This document shows, in pieces, positions 44,978 to 55,025 of a stretch of DNA of 57,140 bases. Both the position numbers and the translations under genes were made by a program. Within the stretch, counting starts at the first letter, position 1. Every line of letters begins with the position of its first letter. Under the pieces are notes generated by a model that worked only from the letters and a program-made list of their open reading frames with translations, did not search any database and was not told the origin of the DNA. The stretch lies in the IMG/VR virus record IMGVR_UViG_3300024054_000020, positions 1 through 57,140 of that record; one strand, given 5' to 3'. The DNA comes from a virus. Lineage: Duplodnaviria; Caudoviricetes.

Positions 44978-46604
44978 ACGCGTACCTCATTCTACTCTGT
45001 AGGAACAACTGCAGTGTTGAGTCTGGGTTTCGAGTATCCAAACTAATTTGTGGATTGGAATTATTGTTGTTTGTCTGTGGTGCAATAACTTGAACATTTT
45101 TAGGAGCGTTAACTAATTCTTTGTGTTTCTGCTCCTCGTTCTTTTTAGCTATTTCATCCCTCTTCGCTTCAGCCGAAACAACTGCTGCTGATTGTTGCGC
45201 TATTTTGGAACCCTCCGATGGTGTAGGTGTCACGTTAGAGCGAATCATTTCTGGTTTAACCTTAACCGCACCATTGGATATTTTTTCTATTCTGGCTGCT
45301 AATTCTGGTGAGATTTTTTCTCCCGCAGCTTCAGCCTTTCTAAAGTAAGCCATATCAGCAACAGGATCATATTTGTTTGGGTCAAAGTCGCCCTTACCTG
45401 TCAATTTTAATGCTGCATCTGCAATTTTATTTGATCCATCTTCATTAGTTACCAATTTGTTAATTTGTTCCCCTACCCACTGACCTGCTTTAAATGCAGC
45501 AAACAACGCTACAACAGGTCCTAATATAGTTGCCAATTTAGAAAACAAACCAACTAAAGGAGTAATGAATGCCTTCAATTTACTAAACAACCCAATGAAT
45601 CCACCTTTTAAGAATGAGAACAATCGTTCAAATAAACCAGTCTTTTCCTTTTTCTCTCCTGTACCAATGGTCTCCTTTTTAGGATCACCTTCCCATATTT
45701 TAGTGAACCGTTCTGCAAAACTCATTTTGGTTGTATCAACTTTGTTAGTTGACGTTGTGTTTCGATCAATGGTACTAAACATTCTACTTGCGCTAGATGA
45801 TGCATTGCCCAACATTTTCATCATGATTGATGATGCACCAATTAATCTAGCACCAAATGGGTCATTTGCCATATTAGCAATAACTGCAGCGCCCAATGCT
45901 TTACCAGGTAAACCTAAACCAAATCCCTTTTTCTTTGTTGCTCGCTCTGTTTCAGCTGTTGGTTCATCTTCACCATACCTACCACCAACACCACCAGAGG
46001 CGGTGTTCGACTCAATTTCCTCCAACAATTCAATGATTCGTTTATTCGAAGGATCCTTTATACGATCCTCACGAATTTGATTCATCTCTAAGTCAGCTTT
46101 AGTGCGAATATCTTCGGCTTTTTGCTGATATTCTTGTGTGCCTGTATATTTGGATTCTAGTTTGTTGATTGCCTTTGCGCCCAATGCATACGCAACACGC
46201 ATTGCTGGAGAGTTAGTTGATGCTCCCCTTTGATTTATACTTTGTTTTTTCTCCCTGATCCAAGATGGAACTGATGATTCATATAAACCCTTTAATTGCG
46301 CATCACGCTCTGCTTTAACATCAGTAATTCTACGTCTGGATGGTGCACCAGACTTAGCTGAATCGACCTCAACAGGTGTACGAACAGATCGAGGATCCAT
46401 TCCAAGTTCTTTTAGATATGAATCAGGTGGTATGAATTGAGGTGTTTTAGCTAGGTTACCCATACCTAAGTGATCACGATATTCGGTGAGTAACTCTTGC
46501 TGTTCAACAGGATTTTGTGCTACCCAACCTGCAGGCAATTGATCCCATGCGCGCGCGAGTTCTAACTCATCCGTTGCACTAAATTTTTGTTTAGGTCTGC
46601 CCAT
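44976..46604 (-). CDS. tape measure / baseplate hub protein (gp29-like)
   Basis: Position after gp26/gp51; helical with hydrophobic segment; NNNN-rich C-terminus. Confidence 0.6.
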   Translation of the reverse strand: MGRPKQKFSATDELELARAWDQLPAGWVAQNPVEQQELLTEYRDHLGMGNLAKTPQFIPPDSYLKELGMDPRSVRTPVEVDSAKSGAPSRRRITDVKAERDAQLKGLYESSVPSWIREKKQSINQRGASTNSPAMRVAYALGAKAINKLESKYTGTQEYQQKAEDIRTKADLEMNQIREDRIKDPSNKRIIELLEEIESNTASGGVGGRYGEDEPTAETERATKKKGFGLGLPGKALGAAVIANMANDPFGARLIGASSIMMKMLGNASSSASRMFSTIDRNTTSTNKVDTTKMSFAERFTKIWEGDPKKETIGTGEKKEKTGLFERLFSFLKGGFIGLFSKLKAFITPLVGLFSKLATILGPVVALFAAFKAGQWVGEQINKLVTNEDGSNKIADAALKLTGKGDFDPNKYDPVADMAYFRKAEAAGEKISPELAARIEKISNGAVKVKPEMIRSNVTPTPSEGSKIAQQSAAVVSAEAKRDEIAKKNEEQKHKELVNAPKNVQVIAPQTNNNNSNPQISLDTRNPDSTLQLFLQSRMRYA

Positions 46605-46776
46605 TTCGTTCCTTCTCTGCTTCTTTTTCTAAGTGTTGTAGTAAAAGTGTTATGTATATTTCTCTCTCATAAGGCAACATGCGTTCAAGTTCTGTTAGAG
46701 AATACTTGTGCACTTGCATTAATCTAAAATTGAGACTGTAATAAGTGCCTAAGTCCTCCTGAGAGAGAATCAGTCG
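46591..46776 (-). CDS. 51: gp51-like baseplate hub assembly protein (possibly reached by -1 frameshift from gp26)
   Basis: RLILSQEDLGTYYSLNFRLMQVHKYSLTELERMLPYEREIYITLL; first ATG lies inside the conserved part. Confidence 0.75.
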   Translation of the reverse strand, partial: RLILSQEDLGTYYSLNFRLMQVHKYSLTELERMLPYEREIYITLLLQHLEKEAEKERNGQT

Positions 46777-47471
46777 AAAAAATTTTGCATTCCCTCCAAT
46801 TGCACGCTGTTATCTGCACCACAATGCACACATTTAAACTGATCTTCAAACACAACTTTAGGTGCAGATAGAATAAAATCTTGTACCTTCTTTAAGTGTT
46901 CGTGTGTCATACTGCCCACAAACCCAAGACGGTGCTCAAGTGGTGCATCTTGAAACTCATACGTTGAATCACCTGTAATCAATTTAGTAATGCAACTAGC
47001 AATTAATTCCTCGGCTGCGTCTGATATATTTTCTGCATCAACTAATTTATACGTTTCATCTATAGATGGATATCGCATGATGATCCAAGAATCTTTCCAC
47101 AGTTGAATCTCTGGGTCAACCTTCTCAGAAATAACTTTGATCTTTGACATATCTAACAACAAACTTGTTTTCTTTTGGCATGTAGTGCATTCAGCATCAA
47201 CTTGCACACCTTCACCGAATGACTTATTACGAATATTGATGAATAGGTATTCAATGTCTGCGGTTGTCAGGTTATCTACGTTTAGTTTGTCAAACGTGCA
47301 TGCGCTAATGATCTGTTTTATTGCTCTGACAATCTCCGCAGATCCCTTTTCTTGTAATGCTAAAAGTAAAACCTTTTCCTCCCTAACAATAAATGGGCGG
47401 TACTTTATTTTTTTCTTTAGTACTGGTAATGTTAGTTCATATTGTGGTAATGTCAATTCAGGTAGTTGCAT
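46770..47471 (-). CDS. 26: baseplate hub assembly protein (T4 gp26-like)
   Basis: LPELTLPQYELTLP...YRPFIVREEKVLL...IRNKSFGE...NFF. Confidence 0.88.
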   Translation of the reverse strand: MQLPELTLPQYELTLPVLKKKIKYRPFIVREEKVLLLALQEKGSAEIVRAIKQIISACTFDKLNVDNLTTADIEYLFINIRNKSFGEGVQVDAECTTCQKKTSLLLDMSKIKVISEKVDPEIQLWKDSWIIMRYPSIDETYKLVDAENISDAAEELIASCITKLITGDSTYEFQDAPLEHRLGFVGSMTHEHLKKVQDFILSAPKVVFEDQFKCVHCGADNSVQLEGMQNFFD

Positions 47472-47495
47472 ATTTTAGTCTCCTATGTATAAATC

Positions 47496-48254
47496 TCATC
47501 CAAAAATTCGTGGGAACGATGCTCCAACAGTGTCTCTTAGCTCAGTTGGTGTATTCCCCGCATCATTTTCAGTCAATGGTGGTGTCGTTTGATTGCCTAA
47601 GTTAAAGTTCTGTGCAATATCAGGTGCTAGTTGTCTCAATGTATCAAAATTTAATGTAGATCCTATTTCGTCAGAAATGGATGATGGTGCACCAATCAAC
47701 CTATTCATTAATCCTGTTGCACCTGGAGTTGTTAATCCAGGACTTGAAGTAAAGTCGGCATCATATTTTTCATATACTATGTCTAAAGTGACATTCTGCA
47801 CTGTATTTATAGCGCCCCATGATAGAGGTTGCACATTATAATTCTTGATGATGCAATTTTGCACGTTGAATTTTGCTACTTGAGCTCCATTATTTGCGTT
47901 ATCCAATGCGATTATATCTAAATCAAAAGTGTAGTTTGCATAATACTCAGGTGAGTAATCAATTTGATTAAACATCTTATCACGCATCTCTTCAAATTTC
48001 TTAACAACGTTCCATTTACGATCAACATAGAATCCTAAGTTTATTGGATTGAACGTTATGTCTGCTAATACTTCGGTTGAGTAACCATAAATTCGATTAG
48101 GTACTGTCTGAGCAGTCCAAAATGGGAGAGATGCAGTGTGGCATAAGATAGACATTTTTCGGTCAAACCCACCATACATCTGCACCAAAAATAGAAATGG
48201 CTTTGACAATGCAAACCCATCTCGCTTCAACTCTGAAATAAACTCTTGTAACAT
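47496..48254 (-). CDS. 54: tail tube initiator (gp54-like)
   Basis: Tube-fold-like sequence; synteny. Confidence 0.65.
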   Translation of the reverse strand: MLQEFISELKRDGFALSKPFLFLVQMYGGFDRKMSILCHTASLPFWTAQTVPNRIYGYSTEVLADITFNPINLGFYVDRKWNVVKKFEEMRDKMFNQIDYSPEYYANYTFDLDIIALDNANNGAQVAKFNVQNCIIKNYNVQPLSWGAINTVQNVTLDIVYEKYDADFTSSPGLTTPGATGLMNRLIGAPSSISDEIGSTLNFDTLRQLAPDIAQNFNLGNQTTPPLTENDAGNTPTELRDTVGASFPRIFG

Positions 48255-48256
48255 TT

Positions 48257-48832
48257 TTATATTCTCCTACTAGAATCTTTCCATACCTTCTGCACCTCTG
48301 CACCACGGAATCTTTCCATTGGCAGAAATATAGCAGAGTGCCAATCCTGTGCTGGTATCTTCAAAAATTTTGATTTGACGTGTCCTTTAAGGTACATTTT
48401 AACTGCAGGTCTTACCTCAGGAAACTTAGATGCACTTCTCAATAGTCTCCAAGATAATTGCAACCTAGTTTTATCTGATAATGTATCATCATTCGCAAAG
48501 TTTAACAGTTTGGTTAGAAGAACCAATCGTGTCTTTGGAAACAAATAATGCATATTGATTCCTGTAAAATGCTCTGCAGATGCACTGAATGGTATCACCA
48601 ATGGGAAAGTATCGTAATAAGGTAGTTTCTCCTTTGTCTTTGGGTCATAAAAATACATATACATCGAACCAGGTGCAATTTGTGTTACCTGCTGCACTTG
48701 ATGATCTCCCATCAGTGCCATTGGTTTTACACCTTGAGATGATGCAAAATCACGTACGTTACGCATAAACCAAGACCAACTGTTACTTGCGTTGTATTTT
48801 GGATTGCTCTTTATGTCACCAAAAATACTCAT
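48257..48832 (-). CDS. 2: DNA end protector (T4 gp2-like)
   Basis: YDPKTKEKLPYYDTFPLV...GINMHYL. Confidence 0.9.
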   Translation of the reverse strand: MSIFGDIKSNPKYNASNSWSWFMRNVRDFASSQGVKPMALMGDHQVQQVTQIAPGSMYMYFYDPKTKEKLPYYDTFPLVIPFSASAEHFTGINMHYLFPKTRLVLLTKLLNFANDDTLSDKTRLQLSWRLLRSASKFPEVRPAVKMYLKGHVKSKFLKIPAQDWHSAIFLPMERFRGAEVQKVWKDSSRRI

Positions 48833-49269
48833 ATACCTAAATGTCTTTCTGTGATAATTTCAAACTCCCATCCATTCTTTGCACAAAACTCCCTTGCTGC
48901 TTCCCATTTCTTTTGATTGACTAAATATGTTGATACTTCTGTTAAGTACCTTTGTGTGTTTCTTGCCTTCTTTTGTGGAGGCATCGTCTCTTTCAATGGT
49001 TTCACTTCTATTAGATACTTCTTAACTTCTCCGTGCTTGTTTTGTATCATTGCTGCGAAATCGACATAGTAGCGATGAATCCGATTATCTAAAGGTGAAA
49101 CATACTTCAACACCACTTCCTCCGATGACCATTTTAGTACATTAGGGTTCGTGTCAAAGTACACCATCATTCTTCGTTCCCATGAGCTGCGAGCAAATAT
49201 TTCGGATACGTTTCCGGCATACTTTTTAGGATTTTTAGGGACATATTTTCCCTGAAAGTACTTTGACAT
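48829..49269 (-). CDS. 4: head completion nuclease (T4 gp4-like)
   Basis: PKNPKKYAG...RSSWE...HRYYVDF...IEVKP. Confidence 0.9.
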   Translation of the reverse strand: MSKYFQGKYVPKNPKKYAGNVSEIFARSSWERRMMVYFDTNPNVLKWSSEEVVLKYVSPLDNRIHRYYVDFAAMIQNKHGEVKKYLIEVKPLKETMPPQKKARNTQRYLTEVSTYLVNQKKWEAAREFCAKNGWEFEIITERHLGI

Positions 49270-49280
49270 TGCGTTTTGTT

Positions 49281-49300
49281 TATAAATAATAAGTATTTAT
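49281..49300. promoter_or_regulatory. divergent T4-type late promoters
   Basis: TATAAATA (+) at 49281 and ATAAATA (-) at 49294-49300 between divergent gp4 and gp48. Confidence 0.65.
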
Positions 49301-49314
49301 TCAGGAACTATGCA

Positions 49315-50388
49315 ATGTCACTATCTTTCTACGGAAACAAACTGTCATCTAAAACGAGGGGAAATCGTTCAAAAACATATAAAGACACAAAGGACGCAAA
49401 GTCCTTTGAAACTCTCGAATATCCTCTAGATTTAGGTGTCGGTCGTTATCCTCATTATGTCATTTTCTATATAAACTCCAACGAAAAGGCTCAAGTGGCG
49501 CAGGGTGGGAAAGATGCTACGTATGATTTAGATTTAACTAAGAGAGCTAATCAGGGTATTGGTTCGCAAGTACATAGTAGACGTATTGGAAATGAAGGGC
49601 AGTCTGATAGAATACCACAATCTAATGGGTCGGCACCTAATAGTAATGAGGAACCGTCCATGATATCGAGTACACTTAGTGCATTGGGTGATATGGCAGC
49701 GTCGTTTGTCGCATCTCGTGTTCGAAGACTGAAACACGCTATCGTACTACATACACCACATCAGGTTCGTTCCTCATACAACGCTAATTATGAGGAATTT
49801 ACTAATGGTGGTATAGCTGGTTCTGCATTGCATGGTTGGTTATCTGGTCAGAAGTTTGGTGATATTGCTTCTTCTGCTGCTCAGGGAGTATTGAAAGAGG
49901 GAGTACGAATAGCTGCTGGTTCAGTAGGAACAGTTATTGGGATGGAAGGAGCTATGTCTGCTATTGAAAAGGCTCGTGGTGAATCAGAAAACCCTAGAGC
50001 AGAAACACTATTTAAGAGTATTGGATTCCGAGAGTTTGAGTTTAACTACATATTCGCACCTAAAACCGAAGAAGATTCCAAACTCATTAAAGACATCATT
50101 TATTTGTTTAAGTACCACATGCATCCAGAAATTTCGAAGTTAACTACAACAGGTCAATATTTAGTTATGCCAAGTGAATTCGACATTGAATATTACTACA
50201 AGAACGAAGAGAACCTTGAGGTAAATAGAATCACTACGTGTGTTCTAACATCAATGAACGTAGATTACACACCAAACAATACATGGCAGGCATTTAGTGG
50301 AACTGGTAGCCCTACTCACATTACAATGGCACTTCGATTTAAGGAAACCGAACCTTTAAATCGCAATCTGATTGACGGAGGATTCTAA
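49315..50388 (+). CDS. 48: baseplate tail tube cap (gp48-like)
   Basis: NPRAETLFKS..FREFEF..FAPK...FKYHMHP...CVLTSMNVDY. Confidence 0.85.
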   Translation: MSLSFYGNKLSSKTRGNRSKTYKDTKDAKSFETLEYPLDLGVGRYPHYVIFYINSNEKAQVAQGGKDATYDLDLTKRANQGIGSQVHSRRIGNEGQSDRIPQSNGSAPNSNEEPSMISSTLSALGDMAASFVASRVRRLKHAIVLHTPHQVRSSYNANYEEFTNGGIAGSALHGWLSGQKFGDIASSAAQGVLKEGVRIAAGSVGTVIGMEGAMSAIEKARGESENPRAETLFKSIGFREFEFNYIFAPKTEEDSKLIKDIIYLFKYHMHPEISKLTTTGQYLVMPSEFDIEYYYKNEENLEVNRITTCVLTSMNVDYTPNNTWQAFSGTGSPTHITMALRFKETEPLNRNLIDGGF

Positions 50389-50392
50389 TATT

Positions 50393-50923
50393 ATGCCTAC
50401 ATATCTAAGAAAACTACCTAAAGTGTTATATGATTTTTCGTTAAAAACCGATCATACGAATTATCGTCATGTGATACCTGATTTAGCTACAAAGGTCTCA
50501 CTATATATTGACCCAGATACAGTACCTAACTTAACTGAAAAATATTACATCCTGCAGGGTGAAACACCTGAGATTATCGCACATAAGTATTACAATAATG
50601 TTGAGCTGCATTGGACTATTTTGGTTATCAACAAAATTGCTGATTTGGGCAGAGAGTGGCCTCAACCAGACCATTTAGTGTATGAATTAGCTAAGGATCT
50701 ATATGGTGAGGATCATATAGATGACATACACCACTATGAGTATGGTGGTTTAGTTATGGATTCCGATTACATCGAATCTACCCATGGCGTTGGTACCGCA
50801 ATTCCTATCACCAATGTTGAACACGAAGTGCATGAAAATGAGAAGCGTCGAAATATTTTACTCATTAAACCACAGTACATTGCTCAATTTGTTAAATCAT
50901 TTGAGGATTCACTTAAGGTATGA
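50393..50923 (+). CDS. 53: baseplate wedge subunit (gp53-like)
   Basis: GETPEIIAHKYY...HWTILVIN...HHYE...ENEKRR. Confidence 0.88.
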   Translation: MPTYLRKLPKVLYDFSLKTDHTNYRHVIPDLATKVSLYIDPDTVPNLTEKYYILQGETPEIIAHKYYNNVELHWTILVINKIADLGREWPQPDHLVYELAKDLYGEDHIDDIHHYEYGGLVMDSDYIESTHGVGTAIPITNVEHEVHENEKRRNILLIKPQYIAQFVKSFEDSLKV

Positions 50924-52221
50924 TTGTTAAGGATGAATTGACTGCCGCTGGGCAAACGTCGCTATCTAAGGTTATTTTAGTTCGGTCTGATCTTAAGAGA
51001 GAACTTGACCTAACTAACCTATTCGTTGAGATGGACATTTATGAGGACCTGTTCTCTAACACAATGTCAGGTACTATCACTATTCTTGATACGCATAACC
51101 TAATTACCTCATTCCCAATCATAGGTGAAGAATATGTAGATGTTGAGTTTAAAACACCATCATTTCCGGATGAATACGTCATTAAACATCGTTTCTATGT
51201 CTATAAGCTAGAGTCAAGGGTCATAGGTGGTGACAGTAAAGCGCTCTATGTTTTAAACCTAATGTCGTATGATGTTGTATCTGACCTCAACTTTAAGATA
51301 TCCAAAACATTTAGTGGTACATCATCGGATGTTGCTCAACAAATATTTAATCGTTACATTGCAACAGCTAAGCAACGTGCACCAAAGAATATTCGTGTTG
51401 AGGAGTCAGGTTCATTGATTAAGTTCACTTCTAACTTTTGGAGCCCATTTCGTTGCTTAAACTATTGCTCTAGTGTATCTACAAACCAAGAGGCGTTCAG
51501 AACACCTAATTACCTATTCTTTGAAACTAACAAAAACTATCGTTTCTGTTCAGCTGATTCATTGCTCAAAGAGGAACCAAAGATCAAGTACTTCTACGAT
51601 TCAAGCACTAGAAGAAAACATAATGACAGTGGTCAGTCAACTAGAGATGTTCTGCGAGAATTGCAGACTGTTAGTGAGTTGAAAATCAATCAGACGTTTG
51701 ACTACGTTAAGCGAATGATGTCTGGGGTATATTCGCATAAGGTATTTGAACCTGACATATTACGAAAAACAATCAAGAAACACATTTATAATTATTGGTA
51801 TGATTTTGAGCAAACAAATCACTTAGAGAAGTATCCAATGGCGTCTAAGTTTATTGAGTTCGATGATAAGAATGGTGTTGTTTCAACTAAACCAATATAC
51901 CCAATGACGCACAATGACTTTGAAAGTGAGTTAGGACTTACATTATCCAAAAGAGTTCCTCTATTGGCACAGTTAGATATGTATTCAGTTGACGTGACAG
52001 TGCCTGGTCGAACTGATCTCGAAGTAGGTAAAACAGTGTATCTTGAATTGGGTTCATACGAAGGTAGAGACTCAAAGGACCTAACACAAACCAACGAAGA
52101 TAAATACTACTCGGGTAAATACCTCGTCACCGCCATCATGCATAGACTAACAGCAACAAGACATCAAATAAAAATGACATTGATTAAAGACAGCATTCGT
52201 GAGGAGATTAAGTTTGATTAA
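50920..52221 (+). CDS. baseplate hub protein (gp27-like)
   Basis: IYEDLFSNTMSG...GEE...YLFFE...SGKYLVTAI; synteny. Confidence 0.7.
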   Translation: MIVKDELTAAGQTSLSKVILVRSDLKRELDLTNLFVEMDIYEDLFSNTMSGTITILDTHNLITSFPIIGEEYVDVEFKTPSFPDEYVIKHRFYVYKLESRVIGGDSKALYVLNLMSYDVVSDLNFKISKTFSGTSSDVAQQIFNRYIATAKQRAPKNIRVEESGSLIKFTSNFWSPFRCLNYCSSVSTNQEAFRTPNYLFFETNKNYRFCSADSLLKEEPKIKYFYDSSTRRKHNDSGQSTRDVLRELQTVSELKINQTFDYVKRMMSGVYSHKVFEPDILRKTIKKHIYNYWYDFEQTNHLEKYPMASKFIEFDDKNGVVSTKPIYPMTHNDFESELGLTLSKRVPLLAQLDMYSVDVTVPGRTDLEVGKTVYLELGSYEGRDSKDLTQTNEDKYYSGKYLVTAIMHRLTATRHQIKMTLIKDSIREEIKFD

Positions 52222-52582
52222 GTTTAGAGAATACCTAAGCGAGAAATACATTGTAGCGTATCATGGATCAGCAAACAAAATAAATCAATTTAGTGGAATA
52301 TCATACTTCACTCCACAAAGAGATGCAGCTACAGGCTATGCTAAAGGTAAATCGAATGGTTCTCCTCATTATCTTTACAAAGTAAAATTCAAGCTAAACA
52401 ACCCAATCCTGTTTAAACATATGTGGCAAATTGGTTCATTGGATGCTAAAACAATTGAGACATTGAAAAAACAAGGGCACGATGGTGCCTATTACGATGG
52501 GTCAGGAAAAGAACCAATACCTGAGTATGTTTCTTTTTACCCAGAACAAATCAAAATCCTAGATATAGAAAATTTATCATGA
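52214..52582 (+). CDS. putative ADP-ribosyltransferase-like internal head protein
   Basis: N-terminal IKFREYLSE; YHGS, YFT...A..YA, GHDG, EYVSF. Confidence 0.55.
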   Translation: MIKFREYLSEKYIVAYHGSANKINQFSGISYFTPQRDAATGYAKGKSNGSPHYLYKVKFKLNNPILFKHMWQIGSLDAKTIETLKKQGHDGAYYDGSGKEPIPEYVSFYPEQIKILDIENLS

Positions 52583-55017
52583 CAAATTTATATTATTACG
52601 GAATTGTTGAAAGCCGCGAAGATCCTTACAAATTAGGGCGCTGCAAAGTTCGAATCATTGGATTGCATAATGAAAACAGAACTGAGTTACCCACAGACGA
52701 TCTACCTTGGGCAATTCCCCTACAACCCATCTATAGTGCCTCTGTTAATGGAATAGGACATTCACCAACAGGTATCGTTGAGGGATCGTGGGTTATTTGT
52801 GTATTCACTGAGACTGAGCAGCAAACACCTATCATATTAGGCACCATTGCAGCTGTGCCTAGTTCGCGCGAAGCCTTTTTAGGTGACATTGAGGCAGAGT
52901 TTGATGGTGCAGAGCCTGCAACACCTAACGAACAAACGTACGTTCGTACAGGATCAGGTGGTATCGTAACAGATAGTGAGGGTGCTCCGGTTACTGTGGC
53001 AGATCCAGACTCAGCAGGTGAGAAACATTTAGGTTCGCTGTCGAAAGATCAATACAATAAGTTAAAACAAAGCATAGGGCAACGTGAATCAGGTAACAAT
53101 TATGCAGCAGTCGAAAAGAAAAATGGAAATTACTTAGGTAAGTATCAATTCGGTGCAGGTAAGCTAAGTGACTATGGTTACATAAGTAGGGATGCCTATA
53201 ATAGATATGGTGCATCTGCGGTACAGCATCCAGACGCATGGACAGGTAAAGATGGAATGACCTCAAAGGATGCGTTCTTAGGTGCTCCTGTTTTACAAGA
53301 GCAACTAATGGATCGTTCATTGAATGGTTCATATCAGTCAATAGTCAATGGTGGTAACATTGACGGTACCACAGCAGATCCAGGTCGATTGGGTGGGTTG
53401 TTATATGTGGCACACAATCAGGGGAATCAGACTGCAGTTAGGTTCTTAAATAGTGGTGGTCATACACAAACAGCTGATGGTAATGGTCAAACAACAGCAA
53501 GAGCGTATGAAGTTGGGTATGAGGGTGTTACTGGAGTGAAACCAAACTCCTCTGAAATGCCAACGAGGGAAAATATATCAGACCGCCCTGCGCAGAATCC
53601 AACGAGACCTGCAGACGCCACTCGTTACGATACTACTCAATCACCAGAGGTGCAGCGCCGAGAGATACAAAATATTTCCACAATGCAGGCAGGATTCAAT
53701 GATCCGAATGGGAAATATCCTAAGAAGGAATTCATGAATGAGCCAGATACGAATAGATTGGCTCGTCACCAAAAGATTAACAATACCATAGTATTCACTA
53801 AAGAGAAGGAACGAACACTTAAGGTACCTGTAGCGAACAGTACTGTTACATGGGATCAACCTCCTATTCCGTACAACGCTCAATACCCATTTAATCATGT
53901 AGTGGAGAGTGAAAGTGGGCATATATTAGAGATTGATGATACACCTGAACGTGAGCGAATCAACGTGCATCATAAGTCAGGAACGTTTTCTGAAATTGAT
54001 GTTACAGGGACTAGAACTACAAAGATCAAAGGATCAGATGTTATTGTGGTTGAAAAAGACCAATTGGTTTACGTAATAGGTTCTGGTCACGTAATGTTAG
54101 GTGGTGACCTCAGTATAAAAGTATTAGGCAAGTGTCACGTAGATATTACAGGTGATGCTAACGTCAATGTTGATGGTTCGATGTACCACAATGTAACTGG
54201 CGATTATCACGTTACGGTGGGTGGTGATTACAGAGTATCCACTGGGGGCACCACTTCGATTCAACCAGCTAAGGATTTTGCAGTTGATACAGGTGCAGCA
54301 GTGTTCCTTAATTCAGGTAAATCAACTGCGCCCGAGGCAATACCAGAATATAGCCCAGAAATTGAACTACCAGCGCCATTTACAAGACAAGAGCAACAGG
54401 ATATAGCATTGGAAAACACACCAGCACAGGCAGCAAAGAGGGAGCGAGAGGCACGAGACGTTCCTCCACCAGTAGTCACGCAAGAGGACACCACTCCACC
54501 ACCTCCAAGGGAGCCAGCAGTGTCGGAGTGCGACTTTATCTTACCGTTGTCAGCGAACACGACACTGACAGCAAACTTCAACATCAGAAGTATGGTCAAA
54601 GACGCGAACAGATTCCCATTTGGAGGTTCGCAGCGAGGACTGTCAGACGTACAGATAGCGTGCAACTTGAAACATCTCTGCATGAATGTGGTAGAACCTA
54701 TCTTTGAGAAGTACGCTCAATATGGTTTCAAGATCAACAGTGGATTTAGAAACGGAAATGGTACGTCGCAACACGAAATAGGTCAGGCAGTGGATATTGG
54801 ATTTAGTAAATATCACGGAAATAGGCAAAAATATTTTGAATTCGCACAGGAAATAAAGAATTTAGTGCCACATGACCAATTTTTATTGGAATATACTGAT
54901 GCAGGGTCGGTTTGGATTCATATTTCGTTTAAAAAATCAGGAAATAGATCTCAAGTGATGACATTTAATAACCATAAATCAGTTGCACAGGGCTTGCAAC
55001 TTCTAAGTAGAGCGTAA
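52579..55017 (+). CDS. 5: baseplate hub/spike gp5-like with lysozyme-like insert and C-terminal M15 peptidase
   Basis: GIVESREDP..GRCKVR; RES...YLGKYQFG; YPFNHVVESESGH; NSGFR..SQH..GQAVD..WIHIS. Confidence 0.88.
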   Translation: MTNLYYYGIVESREDPYKLGRCKVRIIGLHNENRTELPTDDLPWAIPLQPIYSASVNGIGHSPTGIVEGSWVICVFTETEQQTPIILGTIAAVPSSREAFLGDIEAEFDGAEPATPNEQTYVRTGSGGIVTDSEGAPVTVADPDSAGEKHLGSLSKDQYNKLKQSIGQRESGNNYAAVEKKNGNYLGKYQFGAGKLSDYGYISRDAYNRYGASAVQHPDAWTGKDGMTSKDAFLGAPVLQEQLMDRSLNGSYQSIVNGGNIDGTTADPGRLGGLLYVAHNQGNQTAVRFLNSGGHTQTADGNGQTTARAYEVGYEGVTGVKPNSSEMPTRENISDRPAQNPTRPADATRYDTTQSPEVQRREIQNISTMQAGFNDPNGKYPKKEFMNEPDTNRLARHQKINNTIVFTKEKERTLKVPVANSTVTWDQPPIPYNAQYPFNHVVESESGHILEIDDTPERERINVHHKSGTFSEIDVTGTRTTKIKGSDVIVVEKDQLVYVIGSGHVMLGGDLSIKVLGKCHVDITGDANVNVDGSMYHNVTGDYHVTVGGDYRVSTGGTTSIQPAKDFAVDTGAAVFLNSGKSTAPEAIPEYSPEIELPAPFTRQEQQDIALENTPAQAAKREREARDVPPPVVTQEDTTPPPPREPAVSECDFILPLSANTTLTANFNIRSMVKDANRFPFGGSQRGLSDVQIACNLKHLCMNVVEPIFEKYAQYGFKINSGFRNGNGTSQHEIGQAVDIGFSKYHGNRQKYFEFAQEIKNLVPHDQFLLEYTDAGSVWIHISFKKSGNRSQVMTFNNHKSVAQGLQLLSRA

Positions 55018-55025
55018 AACACAAA

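Noticed and set aside
45121-46080. Plus-strand ORFs opposite the tape-measure-like gene
   Set aside because: Antisense shadows of a longer gene that fits the operon
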